Origin: an uncultured Gemmatimonadales bacterium
GTDB lineage: Bacteria > Gemmatimonadota > Gemmatimonadetes > Longimicrobiales > RSA9
Length of the DNA stretch: 64,000 nt
Assembly: GCA_963708135.1 (NCBI GenBank)
Contig: OY970192.1
Location: 4,256,001-4,320,000 of the forward strand
Direction of reading: 5' to 3'
The translations under genes and the position numbers were made by a program. Below, in pieces: positions 62,576 to 64,000 of the stretch. Position 1 is the first letter of the stretch. Every line of letters begins with the position of its first letter. A model generated the notes under the pieces. That model made no database searches. It was not told the DNA's origin and saw only the letters and a list, made by a program, of their open reading frames with translations.

Positions 62576-63778
62576 TCACCCTTCGTTCGACAAGAGCCGC
62601 CCCGCCCCGATGATCCCATCCCCGAACCGCTCCCGCAGCGCATCGACGGCGCGGGCGAGGCGGCGGTCCTTCTCGGTCTCGAGGGCGCCGGCGTCGTCGC
62701 CCTCCAGGAGAGAGAGCTGCGTCGGCCCCTCGTCGGAGGTGAGCTGCGAGAGGTGCACGCCGAGCAGCCTGGAAGGCGTCCGGCGCTCGTGCCGCAGCCG
62801 CTCGAGGAGCGGCCGGGCGAGGCCGTAGATGGCGCGGTCGGATTCGATCGCGGCCGGCACGGTACGGCTCGCCTGGCGGGTGGTGAAGTCGGCGTCGCGG
62901 AGCTTGACCGAGACGGTGCGGGCGCGCAGCGCCTCCCGGCGCAGGTCGGCGGCGGCGCGGGCGACGAGCGCGAGCAGCTCGGCCTCGAGCGCGGCGTCGT
63001 CATCCAGGTCGCGCGAGAAGGTCTCCTCGCGGCTGATCGACTTGGCGCCGCCGGGCGGCTCGACGGGCGTGGGGTCGATGCCGCGGATCCGGTCGTGGAG
63101 CCAGGCGCCGGTGGTCTCGCCGAGGGTGGCCACGAGCGCGGCGCGGTCCACGGCCAGCGCGTCGCGTACGCTCACGAGCCCGTGGCGGGCGAGGCGCTCC
63201 TCGAGCCGGGGGCCGACGCCGGGGATGTCGCGCAGGGCGAGCTCGGCCAGGAAGGCGCCCTCCTCGCCCGGCTCGACCACGTGGACGCCGGCCGGCTTGG
63301 CCCTGCCGGCGGCCAGCTTCGCCACCAGTCGGGACGTGCCGCCGCCGATCGAGACCTGGATCTCGGTCTCGGCGAGCACGGCGGCCTGGATGCGGCGCGC
63401 GACCTCGGCGAGCGGCGCGCCGCCATAGAGCGCCTCGGTGCCGCCGAGGTCGAGGTAGAACTCGTCGATCGAGGCTGGCAGCACCACGGGCGCGAAGCGC
63501 TCGAGCACGCGCCGGACGTCGCGGCTCCTCCGCCCGCACGCGGCGCGCGGCACCGGCACCACCGTGGCGGCGGGGCAGAGCCGGAGCGCCCGCGCGGTCG
63601 GCATCCCGGAGCGCACGCCGAAGGGCCGGCAGGCGTAGGCGGCGGAGGTGATCACGCCGCGGTGCTCGCTCGAGCCGCCCACGAGCAGCAGCTCGATCCG
63701 GCCAGCGCCCTCGGGGTCCTCGAGGCGCGCGACCTGGACGAAGTAGGCGTCGCAGTCGACGAGGAGGATGCGGCGCAT
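62576..63778 (-). CDS. dinB: DNA polymerase IV (Y family)
   Basis: VDCDAYF, AYACRPFGVRSGMP, SIDEFYLD, IPGVG, KSISREETF. Confidence 0.92.
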   Translation of the reverse strand: MRRILLVDCDAYFVQVARLEDPEGAGRIELLLVGGSSEHRGVITSAAYACRPFGVRSGMPTARALRLCPAATVVPVPRAACGRRSRDVRRVLERFAPVVLPASIDEFYLDLGGTEALYGGAPLAEVARRIQAAVLAETEIQVSIGGGTSRLVAKLAAGRAKPAGVHVVEPGEEGAFLAELALRDIPGVGPRLEERLARHGLVSVRDALAVDRAALVATLGETTGAWLHDRIRGIDPTPVEPPGGAKSISREETFSRDLDDDAALEAELLALVARAAADLRREALRARTVSVKLRDADFTTRQASRTVPAAIESDRAIYGLARPLLERLRHERRTPSRLLGVHLSQLTSDEGPTQLSLLEGDDAGALETEKDRRLARAVDALRERFGDGIIGAGRLLSNEG

Positions 63779-63974
63779 GGGAGGACTCAGGATTCGGGAC
63801 TCGGGATCGAGGATTGAAGTGGAATCCAGTAGACCACGGCCCTGGGCCACGAGCCAGGGGCCACGGGTGGAGGATACAGGATCTGCGGCTCGGGGTCGAG
63901 GGTCGGCGCGCGCCCGCCCGGCTGGCACACCGGTTGCCCCATTACGGGCAGTCGCCAAACCAGAGGGGAGCAGC

Positions 63975-64000
63975 ATGCGCATCGCCGTCATCTCCACGCC
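63975..64000 (+). CDS. Start of a gene running off the window (possibly glycosyltransferase)
   Basis: RBS GAGGGGAG, then MRIAVISTP; only 8 full codons visible. Confidence 0.35.

Overview
Very GC-rich bacterial chromosome segment. Gene content and style suggest Gemmatimonadota or a similar lineage; this is an inference, as no rRNA or tRNA marker is present. Region 1-26 kb holds mostly secreted hydrolases and envelope genes (M28, M61 and M48 peptidases, amidase, ferritins, PorT-like pair, DUF4105/Lnb-like protein) and one IS630. Region 26.4-48.4 kb is a defence/accessory island. It contains decayed genes (DHFR-like, APH(6)-like kinase, BrnTA), a DUF3883 nuclease, pRiA4b-ORF3 and AAA_14/DUF4143 genes, a complete IS21, and a type I R-M operon ordered hsdM - [GmrSD-like DUF262/HNH/HEPN gene split by a second IS630] - [RloC-like zinc-hook ATPase] - hsdS - hsdR, followed by DUF932. 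The ATPase gene is bracketed by a duplicated hsdS 5' end. The second IS630 sits so that translation could run into it and restart out of it in frame. Region 48.5-64 kb holds a PIN toxin-antitoxin pair, paralogous outer-membrane proteins, repeat-rich intergenic DNA (including a palindromic repeat-spacer mini-array and a dispersed ~180 bp element), a BlaI/M56-HEAT system, ndh and dinB. All family calls are by motif recognition only; no searches were run.
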